Assembly: GCA_051362555.1 (NCBI GenBank)
Contig: CM120640.1
Coordinates: forward strand, 59,870,788 to 59,934,787
Direction: 5' to 3'
Length of the DNA stretch: 64,000 nt
From: Lingula anatina
Lineage: Eukaryota; Animalia; Brachiopoda
This document shows, piece by piece, positions 13,901-27,800 of this stretch (position 1 is its first letter; each line of letters begins with the position of its first letter). Both the position numbers and the translations under genes were made by a program. Under the pieces are notes generated by a model. It ran no database searches, was not told the origin of the DNA, and worked only from the letters and a program-made list of their open reading frames with translations.

Positions 13901-15757
13901 ACTTCATTGTATGGGCTTTTGATTTTATGGATTTTTTTTTGTAAAAAAGTTTAGAAAAATCCATCCAAACCAAATGATAACAATTGACAGGGAGTAATTT
14001 CAATGTTACATGTGTTGGCTTGCTAAAAAAATAATTGTTTACCCACCCAATTTCTCAGTTTTGCAGTGCACTGGTCAATAGTTTCTGCTTGATGGAATGT
14101 ACACAGACCTTGGGAGAAGCATAAATAAATATTTTATAAAAAATCCTGACTTTTGATTTAAAGCGGTTTTAATGGCAGCTATTGTTTAGTTGATTGTAGA
14201 TGCCTCTCATGCCTTTTATCCCATCCATTCAGACGGTGATTTATCAGTCCAGACCTCCTGTTTTTTCTTTGAGATGAAAGAAAATTTAGGTGGCCAAGTG
14301 GGGATGGTTGTTTGGGAATTTTGGCTAGAAATTGAAAAATGTTTGTGAAGAGGGCCATTAGTGGCTCTCTACTGCTTATTGAGGTTTACTCAGAATATAA
14401 ACACTGGAAAGGGAAATTGGTGGAAATCAATCAGTGGCCCAGTGAGAAAATGAAGCCCAGCTTCCCCTAGTATGCCTAGCTTCTCAGCAGCCTGAGAGCT
14501 GTTTATACTGGCTGTAAGTTAGAAGCACACATGCATCTGTGTGAATAGTCTGACCTCCATTTTGCTGACACTTATATGGGAACATTTTTCTCTAAGAGTA
14601 GTGCTGTGGCTTCAACTGTAGACCATGTGAAAAGAACTGCAGCAGACTTAAAGCCACTTCAGTTTTACCTAAAAAAATTCAGTTTAAAGGATGTTTTAGA
14701 TTTATAAATCTTGATGTAACCTAGGATAGGCATTTGATAAATAAGCACTGAATGGAAGTGCACTTTACAGGTCAACATTCTCTTACCAAACCCCAGGAAA
14801 TCTGATTAAAGGGAAAGAGTTTATGGGGAAAATGTTTACATCTGTCTTGTGCAGTGTGTGTTAGATTGTTCAGTCATGTGTGGGAACTGACAACAGCCGG
14901 GTGGGAATGCATCATCTTTCTCTAATAAAAAAAATCACGATCTTTGTTTGCCATTACCATGGATGTCTTTTAAACTTGATTGTTAATACTTATGTGCGAT
15001 TAATTGTACATTTCCAGAAGTTTTCAGTTCGGTGGCTTAAAATGGACCAATCTGAATCCAGAGCATTTGTTGTCCCAGCTCCGCTCCATGGGGAACATTT
15101 TTCCAGTTCAAGCAATAGAAGATTTTCTTGCTAGGGTAAGAAGACCTGTATTTATTAACTTGGAAATAAATTTAATACTCAATGCTCTCTCTCTCTCTCT
15201 CTGCCCATCTCTAGCCCTCTCTCTTTCACCATATTTTTATGTGCATCTGTTTTCTAGTGAAAGGGTAAAGTGTTTATTTTATCGAAATAAATTGAGACAC
15301 AGTAAATAAACTTGTCACCACACAATTTATTTTCCTATGCTGCAGGTTCTGTTCTTTAATTAGGTGTCTGGGGAGACATGGGATGGTGGTTGGTAAATTC
15401 ACACCCATCTCTAAACAGTCTGGCATTCTTGTTTGCTGATAACATGATAAATGAGCAGCCATGATTAAATTGGGTGGAGCCGGGCTGACGGGGTCTTTTC
15501 CTGTGTGTTTTAGGCAATTTTTCATAAAAGGCATTTCTTAAGAGATGAACATTAATTGAATTTTTTTCTCTTTTTTGTGCTAATATAAGTTGTACCATCT
15601 TATTGCAGGCTGGAATAACAACTGGATATGTTAGAAAATCCTGCTTGGATCCCACAGATCCAGAGTGTCCCTTCACAGCACCAAACAAATTATCTCAACA
15701 GGTGAGCATTAGCAGTTCTTGAATAACTGATATCTGATATGTTGTAATAAAAAACCA

Positions 15758-15850
<93 letters not shown>

Positions 15851-18800
15851 AAGATATTAAATGAAATATAATTTATAATTTCAGGAACCTGACATAGGTT
15901 CAGAGTTGACAGGGGGTTGTGATGGGTTTGCCACAAAATATATGCACTGGGAGGAAGATCTGATTGTAGGGGGAGTTCATAAAAACAGAAGTGGGCACAT
16001 AGTCAGGTAAGAGATAAGTTGTTTTTGTGTGTAGGGTAATAAATTAAATACATCATGTAAGTAATAGGTGTGGAAAGCAGGCAGATTTTTTCTCAGTTCA
16101 GTTATTTTTATTTCTTTGAATTTGCAGTGTCTGTGCATGTGTGTGTGTATGAGAGAGATTTGGCTGGGCGAGGTCAGAGAGGCATATGGTGTCCACCTGT
16201 CTCTTTATATGACATTATTCTGACCTTATAACAGAGTGGGGGGGGGGGGGGGGGGGGATATAGCCTTGTTGTTCTACTGCATTGATGAAGTTGCACTATT
16301 GATGACAAACATATGATACAATATTGATGTAAAATGTTCTGTGCTCTAACTCAGTGGGATAGACACTGGTAAAGCAGACTTGAAACTTTACTCTAAAGGT
16401 TAAGCATAAAGCAAAGCCTGTCTTTATACCCAGATATACAAGCTCAGTACTTGAGTGTGAAATACAAGACCGCCTTGTGAGGTATCTTCTTCGTGGCTTG
16501 TTTGTGCTGAAATATTTCACAAAAAGTACTTAGATATGTGATTAAGAGGCAAAAGGCAATAAAATGAATTCCATTAAAGCTAGTGAGTAATTGCCTTAAT
16601 GTAAAAAAACAGTAAGTGATGAAATATTTTTGTTTCTGGCAAAACCGTAAAACAAGATTTCATCATTGATATATGAAAGACTTTTATTGAAAAGAAGTAC
16701 ATACATAGACAATCTTTTTCGAAGGCATCACCTTCTCCCAGTCCTTAACCTCAGAGAGTAGTTATATTGTTCATAATGCCCCAGAAGTTACAAAACTGCC
16801 GAGATTGTCTGCTTGATTATGTCTAAAGATGCTTTTTATATTTGTGAGAACAAAGGTATTTATCGTAATCTCATGTAATGGCTGTCAGAAGTAGGTGTCT
16901 TCTTTCTGTTCAAAACGATCCAGTATTGTGCTTGATCAATAGAAACAAATTTTCAGTTTGACAACAAAGACGTGCCTCTGATCATGGCATGTTAAGATAC
17001 AATTCCCCAGGGGGAAATAAGAAACCTTTGGTATGTGTCAGTTTTTTCTTATTCTTTTTTTTTTTTCAAGAATACCTCTTGTCGTGACAAATGTGGCCCT
17101 CTTTTTGCTTTTCAAGTTTAAATAAAAGTGAAGTTAAATATTGCATTTTTCCCTTTTTTGTCTATGCTTGATGTTCTCTTAAAAATGCAGTTATTTTTTT
17201 CAGGGCTGAAGCTATACAGTCCATTGTTCAGCTTATGGCTGAGAAACAAATGTTTGAGTACTATGAAGATTCCTACAAAGTCACAAGCATAGATTTTACA
17301 AGAGAAAAAGCCAGAGCTATCTTAGAGGCTTGGCAAAGGAAGTTTACTCAGGTAAGGAACAATTCACTAATATCTGCTGCCATCTAAGCATACCAGATTC
17401 TGCCAGAAACAATGCATTTCATGTCACTAATTTGTCTTTTCAACAGAATTTAAAAAAAAGTTTCTTTTTGGTTTAATGGTACATCATTTCCATGAGCTTT
17501 GTGGATCATATACCTATCAGGCATTCTAAAAAAGTATATGTTCATTATTATTTTAGGTTGTCCAGGAGATGGGAAATGGGACCCAGGAAGACAATCTCCA
17601 TGGTTTCTCCTCTACCTCCCTACTGGACATGCTGAAGGAATTCTCAGAAGTCAGCTATGTCAGGGTAGCCCTTGGTTACATTTTTATGGTAAGTTCACTT
17701 ATTTACTGGGATGTGAATCAATATAAATTTTTTCTTTATTCCACAATTTCGTCTTCATATTAAGAATTGTTTCCTTCTTTATTTATATAGATAAAATGGC
17801 AAACGCTCTAAGAGAAGTATTCAGGAAAAATTGAATTGCTCAGAATTTTAGTAAAGGAAAAAATTAATTGCCCAGTTTTTTAGAAGTTTCTTTTTACATA
17901 GTCACATTGTGTTTTTATTTAATGACTATGTATTTATGAATGACTACAAATTTTGTATTTTCTGTTTTTTTCAGCTGGTGTATGCAATTATTTCTCTGAT
18001 GCGGTGGACAGATTTTGTGCAATCACAGAGCGGTATAGGTATGGCAGGTGTCCTCCTTGTAGCTCTGTCTGTGGCAGCAGGTCTGGGAATATGCTCTGTA
18101 CTTGGCATCAGGTTCAATGCTTCTACCACACAGGTGAGAATTTATTGTGCAGACCTAGAGAGAGATGCAATTTACACAGTGAGGATAAGAAATTAATCAA
18201 AGAGTGATCACATTTGTAATGAGCTACATTGATTAATTGATATGTGTTTTTCTAGTAGTGAAGGGGCTGATGTTCACATGTTTGCAGGTTCAAACTGTTT
18301 ATAAGAGAAGATCTGTGACAGTGACTCTACTGTACAAATGACTTATTTTAGTATCATGCAAAATTTGGCCACAGAACACTTCGTTCATTCTTAGCAAAAT
18401 GATTTCCCCTGATGTGCATATAGTAATATAATCCTGAGAAAAATAACCAGGGCAATTTCTGTGTTGAGAAATAACAAGGCTTAGTATGGTGGTCCTAGCA
18501 GGCAGCAGGTGGCCTGGGAGGGATGGGCTTTGAAGAATAACTCCAGGTTCACAGATAGCCCTGATACTGATTACACACCAGCCAATGGAGAAGGAAATAG
18601 GGGAAATAGAATTTACAGGGTTGAGAATATGTATGGTTTAGTAAGGTGTCACTTAACCCCAGCAAGATTATGATGTTTTGAAAAGGGGTATCAGTTGCTG
18701 TTTGTCCTCCAGGTATAGTTTTCTTATCAACCATAGATGCAGTAGTTTTGGAGTATTTTTGGCTGTGACTTTCTCCGGGACCCACTTAGAGCTGAGGCTG

Positions 18801-21800
18801 ATTTGAAACATGCATGTCTATAGATAGGTACAACATGGTGGATATTATTTTTATATATTTTGTCTATGTGCAAGCAGATTTAAAATTTTTCCTAACCTTA
18901 TTTTGCGCCCCAATGCAGATGGCTGCAATATTGCAGGTCAGTTGCAACATGGCACCATACAAAGTTGGAACAATTGCATTATGGGCCTTGTAACAATGGA
19001 TTAAACCAGCCATATGAAGTGAAAGCAACAAAGCTCCTCCTAAACTAACAGATTCCAAGTTTAAATTTGATCCCCACGGTCGTTTCTTAATGGATGTGTG
19101 CTGACTTAATGAAGGGGGGTCCTGCATGTGGACACAGACTGTTGCCTTCCGATTATTGGCCTTCATGAGGGGATAAATTACCACTACATCCATCACATTG
19201 GGTCCCATTCACATTTGGGCATATCATTGGTGTAATAAGTGAATAAAATGGCACACTGATCCTTGTCCCATCTTTTATCTGTAGGTGTTGACTGTTGACA
19301 ATCTAATTATTTGGCTAACAGTGACCAGGGGGGCATTCAAAATACATGGGTAAACAACAAGACAAGGACACAGTTGTGTACTATGAAAACTTTTTCCACA
19401 ACAATCAGCTGCCCAAAAGTGACAACCGTGTGCACATTCATGTGGAAGAAGAAATATTATGAAATTAGTGCGGGATTCTTTGCGTTGTTTTGTCAGGCCT
19501 AGTCTGTATTTGACTTTGTCTGTTTTGTCGTTTGGTCTCACAATGAGGCAGGTTATGCCACCTGCCTGGCAATATGACCCACTCTCTTGCCACGCCATGG
19601 TGGTCTGCCTAAACATACACATGGAAATAGTTAAAACAGGGATAACCAAACAATTTAATAGATCAATATTTTTGATATGAAAGTAAAAATTAGTATGAGC
19701 ACATTCTTCTATTGCTTTTCAGAAATTTTAAAATCATGCTGATTCAAGTTTGACAGCTCTTTGCAGTATTATTTTTTAATTAGAATATCATTACATTATA
19801 CACGGGATTGATAAGAAATAACCTTTTCTATTTTAGATTATCCCCTTCCTTGCCTTGGGTCTTGGAGTGGATGATATGTTTTTGCTAGCACATACATTTG
19901 CTGAAAATGCTAAAAACAAAGAAATCTCTTCAAAGGTAGGTTTCTGATTTGTCATAGTTGCTGAAGTAAATTGATATTTTAGCTATTTTGATCTTGTTCC
20001 TTGACAGTATATTGATCCAGAAAACTATAGAATGGAGCATACATAAAATGAACCAGATTAAGTTTCTTTGTCATGGGCTTTTAATAAGCATTTCAGGCTT
20101 TTTCGGACGACATTGAATAAAATTGTCTCCTATCTGTAGCATACCAAGTAGAACCAGTGTTTAGAAATTATTCAAGTGTGAGGACAGATATGAAAGTCGG
20201 GCACAGTTGACTGCTTTTATATGAGCCATCTCCAATTCAGTAGAGTTGAAATTTATCCACATGAGCAGTTTTTAGTGTAAAGTTTAAGGCTCTACAAGTC
20301 ACCATGGTTTATGGCTTCAGTCACCCAACCACGCTTGGTCAGTAACATCTTTTGAAATTTAATTTACCGAGCCGTATGCTATATATTGCCACAGGGTAGG
20401 TTCTAGCCCCTCAGGCTAAACTAAAACGTTCTTTCATAACAGTTTGTTGTTCACAAGCCAACGGCTTTGGCAGTTTATTTGAAATAGTAACTTTAAAAAT
20501 CTAAAAGAAATAACATTGAGAGAATGTGTTGACTTTATTGCTGATGCCTGTAAGCAGCTGGTGCTAATCATAGGAATTTCATATTTTTTGGAAACTGAAC
20601 ATCCATTCCATGACATTAAATAGGGCTTTTGAAATGCATTTAAGCCTGGCAACATCTTTCTCTCTGAATAGTATTCACATCTAGTTCTGGCAGAATTGAG
20701 TTCTTGACTGCCAGGGTGGACAGTGTAATATATTGCCTTGAATATTGCCTCAAATCTTCCACCACATTGTGTGGTAAGGATACCAACCAACAATGGCTTC
20801 ACCATATGGAGAGAGGGCAGCAGTTTAACCATCTGACCTATTTAGAATAAGTGGGATCATTAAAAAAATACAAGGAGTCCAGAGAAGGAACCTTTTAAGT
20901 TTATTAAGATAAATCAGCATTCAAGTAGAATACCTTGGCATGGTTTAGAAGAGACCCATTAATTCATATTAAACAACAGTCACCTCTTTAATTTGACCTT
21001 ATATAGTCTACCACAGTACCAGTGTGTGTGTGGGGTTTCAGCTCCTGCTGAGAGGGACACTTGCACAATGCACCCAAGTTCACTTGAGCATTATGGGTAG
21101 CGGAGCCGCCATGATTGTTCTTGGCTGTCTTTGGTAATTGGTCCCACCCCACATATCCTGTTTTCTGTAAAAACAGCTCCCTGTTTTGACTCCCAGAGCT
21201 AGGTACTTTTCCACTGCAGTAACATAATTATTGCATAATTTCATTATTTCAATGCATCACAGAAGAATTGCGTGAAGTAAGTATTGTCAGTTCTGATCAC
21301 TTCAAGGAAAGTTAAGATGTCACTGTGAACTGTTGGTGGTTTTTCCTATTGTTTAGCAAAATGTTTTTCTTCTTGTAAAATTTGTTTTTGTTGTATTGTG
21401 TGCATGATGTTACTTAGTCTTAGTTAAGATCTTTTATGTGTCATTCTTTTTGGAATGTAGTAAGTTGTTAATAATTATACATTTTTTCTCAATTGATAAA
21501 CCCTTAATTTGTATGACTGTTTAATTTCCATTAAGATCCATAAAATCAAGATGAAAAAGTACTTTGAGTACCAAAAAGTGTTTTAGGTTTGTCTTATTTG
21601 ATATATATTTTTTATATTCCAGGAACAAACGGGTGAATGTTTAAAGAGAACAGGGGTGACGGTGTTATTGACCTCCATTACCAATGCTTCTGCCTTCTTC
21701 ATGGCAGCCATTATACCCATCCCTGCACTCAGGGCTTTTGTCTTACAAGTAAGTTTAATTTAGAAAATGCTGATAAAAGAGTTTCATTTTGATTTCATTT

Positions 21801-24800
21801 TTTAAATGGTATTTTTAAGAAATAAAGTCTAGTTTTATTCATTCTGTCACAAACTTTGAATGCCAAAAATTCCAATGGACTGATTTTAAAGCAAAAGTGG
21901 CTAAAGAATGTAAATGAAGCATGCTGCATTTGATAAGTTTATAATCAGTTTTTAAAAAACTTTGTAAAAATATTATAAAGCTTTTCTAGAGGAAAAGACA
22001 GTAGTTTATTGAAAAGAGTTTATCGTGTGAATATTGGCAGTTATAAGAGGAAAAAAACCTAGTTAGCAGTTCATTATATGCACACTTCATGGGGAAATAG
22101 TATCTTGGATTGAGACTGGAGTCAGTGGTGCCTGGTGAACATAAGAGGCGGCAGTATAAGTGACTACTTTAACATAGCCAACTGTGTGGGGACTTAAAAG
22201 CTGAACATTTTGAAAAATGAGACAGGAAGCTAGCAGAGCCTGGGTGGTCAGATAGAGCAGTAAATGCATGCTTTGGGCTGGGAAATCCAATAGAAGACTA
22301 CAGCCACCTTATCACATTAAGTGCTTTAAGTAGATAGACTTACAAGCTCTTTGGCTCCAGTCAGTGCTAAAAATACATCTTTGGAGGATGGATGCACTAG
22401 CATGTAACATTACAACACAAGTTTTAAGCTAGGACACCCAAAGAGGGAAAGGGATTTGATGGATTTAAAGTCTGAGCTGCTTTATGTGACCTAGACACCT
22501 TTAATTAAAAACCAAAAATAAGAGAACTTGTAGGGTCGACAGTCATGGCATTTTCATTTTTCATCAGTTGAACTCATAAACAAAGCCTCCACTGAAAGTT
22601 CAAGCATGGCAATTACCTTGTTTTTGCCCTCCGTCTCCAGTTATAAGATTACATCAGCAGCTATTATATGTGATTCTTTTTGAAGTTGGAGCCGATCCTT
22701 TCAATTGAATTGGAAACCTGATAAAAAGCAGAAGTTGTCTCACCTAGGGCCCTGACAAAGGACCTGGCCTAGGCTTATGTAGAAAGCTGGCAGGGTCACT
22801 GTTTTGTGGGAAGACTCTTTTCTTCTCTGAGAGTTTGTATGGCAACTGATCTATAGTGTGCGGTTGATCCTACTTTCAAATACCTTCCGCCTAATTTATC
22901 TTTGCCTAACCCAACTTGACTTTTTATGCATTTTATAATTTTGCACCATAGCCAGCTTTTGTAACCTACCACAGTGGCAGGTTTCATTATTGATATTCTT
23001 GATGGACCTTCCGAACACATTTGCTTTATACTTACAAAGAATTACTGTATTTTTGAATAAAGTATATGTATGTGGTTTTAAAAGTTTAAAAAAAATTTCT
23101 TTGTAGGCTGCCATTCTTGTGATCTTCAATTGTGCTTCCATTCTGTTGGTGTTCCCAGCTATTGTTAGTGTTGACTTGATACGGAAGGAAGAAAACAGAG
23201 CAGATGTCTTCTGTTGTTTTCCAGGGTATATATTTAGTTTTTAAGTAACTGTTTGCAAATATATCTTCAGTTTAAATTCATGATTCACATTTAAAATTAG
23301 TTTGAATTGATGGATTGATGTTGAAGTCTACATCTTAATCGTGTTATTTTCTAGCTAAATGTTTTGTTCTGGGAATCTCAATATAAATAGATTTTTGAAA
23401 AATGTGATGAACAAATTATACATTAACTCTCTCCATTTCAGAACAAGTACAACTGATGTTGTTGAACTGGCTCCACGAGAACGCCATACAGAGCATGTGG
23501 CTCCCCCTGTCTACAGAGAACCCAGTCCACCACCCAGCTACCAGACTATAACCCACACAAGTGCTGGGGGTGACCATGCAATCACAGTGCTGGGACCACC
23601 ACAAAGTGATTCCCCAGTGTCAAGACAGGTGTCACTGTCATCAGGTAAGACTGTACTTTAAGTGGTATCCAAGTACCACCTTAAGATCCTGCAGAGAGCA
23701 CAGGCTTTATGCCCATACATTACTTTATTTGAACTGATGATTAAGACTTAAATCTTCCTTTCTGTAGTTTCATTCTAATCTCATCATACTGTAGAGTAGA
23801 CTAGAGAAAATCTTTGAAGCAGATTTCTGTAGGAATTTTGTAAAAGAGGCTATGTATAAAAATCAACTCATTAATGCATTTAAGTTTAAAGAAATGGCTA
23901 CTCTTTCTTCAGTTGGCCCTCCATCTGCCTCTTCGTCACGCCAGTGCCTGACACCTGACGAGGGACCTACATGCCGTGAGCACTGTGCACAGACCCAACA
24001 GGAATGTTGCCATTTTTCACTCACAAGATTGGCCAAGTCTAAGTATGGTCCCATGCTGGAAACTACACCTGCTAAAGTAAGGGCTATTTTGATGATTAAA
24101 TTTGCTTTTCTTAAATGTGTTATTTTCAGTTTTTAAAGGCATAAATATGGTTGCAACTTAAGAAGAATACCACATGAGAACAGTCATGGTTGCATTTCTT
24201 GTAATTCTATTTTAAAAAATGTTTGGATGATTGAGAATGGTTAAATGCACAAAAATGTTAATAATGAAAATAATAGATGGTAGTAATAACTTTATGAATT
24301 ATCTCCATCCCTTTCAGATTCTGGTTGGAGTCTTGTTTATAGCCCTGCTTGTGTTTGGAGTATGGGGGATAGTCAAGGTTAAAGATGGCCTAGATCTCAC
24401 TGACATAGTGCCAAGAGATACGAATGAGTGGAAGTTTCTGGATGCACAGGGGAAATACTTTGGGTTTTACAACATGTATATTGTGACAAAAGTAAGTAGC
24501 ACAGTTTTGTATCAGTATTTTGGATTTATGTAAAGTGATGCCATGGCGACATGTTTACCATGACAGACCAAAGATCCAGATGCTGGATGAAAGTACCATC
24601 TTCTGTCAGGTCAATGAGTAGAAAGTAATTTATATATTGTTGAGAGGTGAAGGGCCATTTTGACTTTATTTTCAATTGTTTGCCCACTGACCTGTTGCAG
24701 TCACAGTCATTTCTTCCTCATTACTGTCATAACGCTGCTACTGGCAAAGAATAATTTCAGTAACAATCTTGACCTTTTTATTCATTGAAGATTACAGAAT

Positions 24801-27800
24801 GGCCCAGTGCAGACACATTAAGTAGGCAGTAGTTCTCACCTGTATTCAAAATAGCTGCAAACAATTTCATGCTCCTGACATTGACATCAGCTAAATTTCT
24901 AAAGTAGATGGTGTCCTGAAGCTAGTCATTCTTTTCTTTTCTTTCTTTCTTGCATTTTTATTGTGCTTCAGTAAATACATAATTAATGGTAACATTGTCT
25001 ATATTTTCCAGGATAGTATAAACTATCCCAACCAGCAGAAAATGATGTTTGCTTTGCATAAAGAATTCTTGAAGATCAATAAAGTTATCAAGAAGGAGGA
25101 TGGGACTCTGCCAGATTTTTGGCTAGAATTGTTCAGACAATGGCTGCTTGGTAAGAAAATTTTAAACACTGATGGATTTATCAGTTTTAACCGTAAATTT
25201 TTTTCTGTGGGATTCATTTTATTCATTTATTTTTTGTAGCATTCTTTACTATATCATTTGTCTTTGTCATTATGTTGAATGTAAACATTTTCACCCTGTG
25301 CATCATTCAAAGTTTGGTTTGATCAGATGTCTAATTTTTAAAAGAAATGTGGCAGTAGCATGTAAGGCAACTTAAGGTATCCATGCTCCATTTGCATAAG
25401 GAAAAGCAGCATGAGGGAATTTCAGTCATCCCAGTCTTTTTATATATGATACACATATCGGGTGTCAAAATTAACTGACTTGCTGACAAAGATGTAATAT
25501 GTTTAAACTTGAGGAATAAAATTATGGTGACAGTTATTCTCCAAATAAATGAAAAAAAGTACTAGTATGAAGTGGTTCAAAATTTTTTATGAGAAAAAAT
25601 TGAATAGTCAGCAATGTCAGCCACACACGAAGCAATTTGTAAGAAACTGTATCTGTGGGTTTGAGAGTGACTTTGACTTGAGTGCTCCCTAATGGGCTAC
25701 CAATTTCCCTGTATTCTGTTTGGTCAAGCAGCTGTGGCAGATGAAACCATTAGATGTGTGCCACTTAAGTTTCTGACAGTTCAGGTACACATGACTTTGT
25801 GTACACCTTGGGATCTGCACAACCAAGTTCTTACAGTGAATTGTTGGGGTACTCAAACATTTTCATTATTTGTCTGCATTCAGCCGCTTGTTATCTTAAA
25901 AATTGAACTTTCTCAATGAGAGTCAATCGTTAGAATAGTTTTGCATAGTTGTACATTAAAGTATCTTTTTGTTTCTGCTATTCACACTATTAAGAAATGT
26001 GAGACCACACACTAAGTTCAAATTCCATGCTTCCATTCAAGTTCCCCAAGTGATTGCCATTTTGGCATGGTGCTTACAAGGCACAGTGCACTTTCTGCAC
26101 TTTTTTTCTTCATCTCCATAGTAATACAGTGGAACTTAACCAGTCGGGAGTAGACTGGTTTAAAGCATGAATGAAAAAGTGTGTAAGACTGGGCTTTGTA
26201 TACTAATAACACTGGGGCAGAAATGCTGGGGAAAAAAATAAAAGGCCACCTTAGGTTTAACTCAAAGCAAGTTCTTTTTTGCCACAAATTATGTATTTTT
26301 AGTTTTATTTACACCATCTACTAAAAGAAAAACTTGGAGCAAAAGTAGTTGAAATTGATTTTGTTGGAATTGGGGGTTTTCATTTCTTAGAAATAACACA
26401 TGCTTGCATTGTTTGGCAACATATTGCTTTTCTCAAAAATTAGTTTATCATATCACATAGCAACTTTTGGGTCACACCTTAAACAAGAACAGAGAACAGA
26501 AGTTCTTAAAGCGGGCGTGTTGTTTGACACATTTCAATCACGCCCTATTGTTATCAAGACCTGGCAATTAAGAACTGATGAAAAAAATAGAGAAGTCAAA
26601 TTTAGGCAGTAACAAAGTCTTGGTGTAAGATGGGAGGGGCTTCGTTCAATGTTTTCACTTACAGTGTTATTTGAATAACACATATTTCAAATATTTAGGA
26701 GAACATTTCAGTAAGATAAGATTGAAACCATTAACTTTCTATCTAAAAATAAAGTATTTTGAAGAACCCATCTTGCTAAGTTTCCAGTCATTTAAAATAT
26801 TTATGGAATCATTTCACTGAGATAAACTTGAAACAATTTATTTCCTATCTAAAAATAATGTATTGAAAAAACAAAGTTGTTTTAGTTCCAGTCAGCAGAA
26901 ATGTTTTTGGACTGTTCATTGATACAGGGGATGGGTTTTTAAGTATCAAAAAAAGTTTTAAAATAAGTATTTTAGGACAGTTAGGTACAATTTAAGTAGG
27001 ATTAGGATGCACAGGTTATGAGAACATGTTCAAGAAATTTGTTGTGAAGGAAGAAGTGGGCATTTTTAATGATTTGTTTTATGAGGTAACTTGGGTATGT
27101 TTTGCTTTGGCCTAATGAACTTGTCACCAAATTCATGGTATATTAGAAGATTTTTTCAAAGTTTTTAAAGTTTTTTCAATTACCAAGGGAGAAATGAAAT
27201 TGATTGGTTATTACTTAAACATAGATTGTACTTTGATGAGGAAAAGTATGATTTATCTTTAAACTTTATCATGAAAACTGTAGCATAGTAAAACCCCTTA
27301 CTCTTTGTAGATTTACAGCTGGCATTTGATCAAGACTGGAGTAGTGGCTGCATTACCACAGATGGCTGGTTTGCAAACTCCACAGAGGAAGGCAGATTAG
27401 GATATTTGTTACTGATACAGACAGGGGATGTGGATGACCCATACAGGAAAGAACAGGTAAGACATGTTTTTCACTCTTAAATATTTTTGTGTGCAGGGAA
27501 CCATGTTTTATGCAATACTGGAAATAACATACAGAATAGACTACAATGTGTTGTTTATGAAATAAAATCTAATGAAGAAAGAAAAAGAAATAATTGTGTA
27601 CTTGTTGTTTTTAGGCTGCCACTAGCAGACTTGTAAATGATCAAGGCATTATCAACCCTCAAGCTTTCTACAATTACCTTACTGCCTGGGTTACCAATGA
27701 TGCCTTGGCCTATGATGCATCTATGGCAGAGATCAAACCTGAACCTCAACACTGGGTCTACGATCCTTCAGACCAGATGGAACTGAGAAGTATGTAATAA

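Noticed and set aside
13611-14003. 130-aa minus-strand ORF and similar intronic ORFs (18864-19649, 20434-20832, 53459-53994)
   Set aside because: Composition typical of random AT-rich sequence, with no motifs and no exon boundaries.
15709-15936. His-Thr repeat peptide ORF
   Set aside because: It is the antisense translation of the (TG)n microsatellite.
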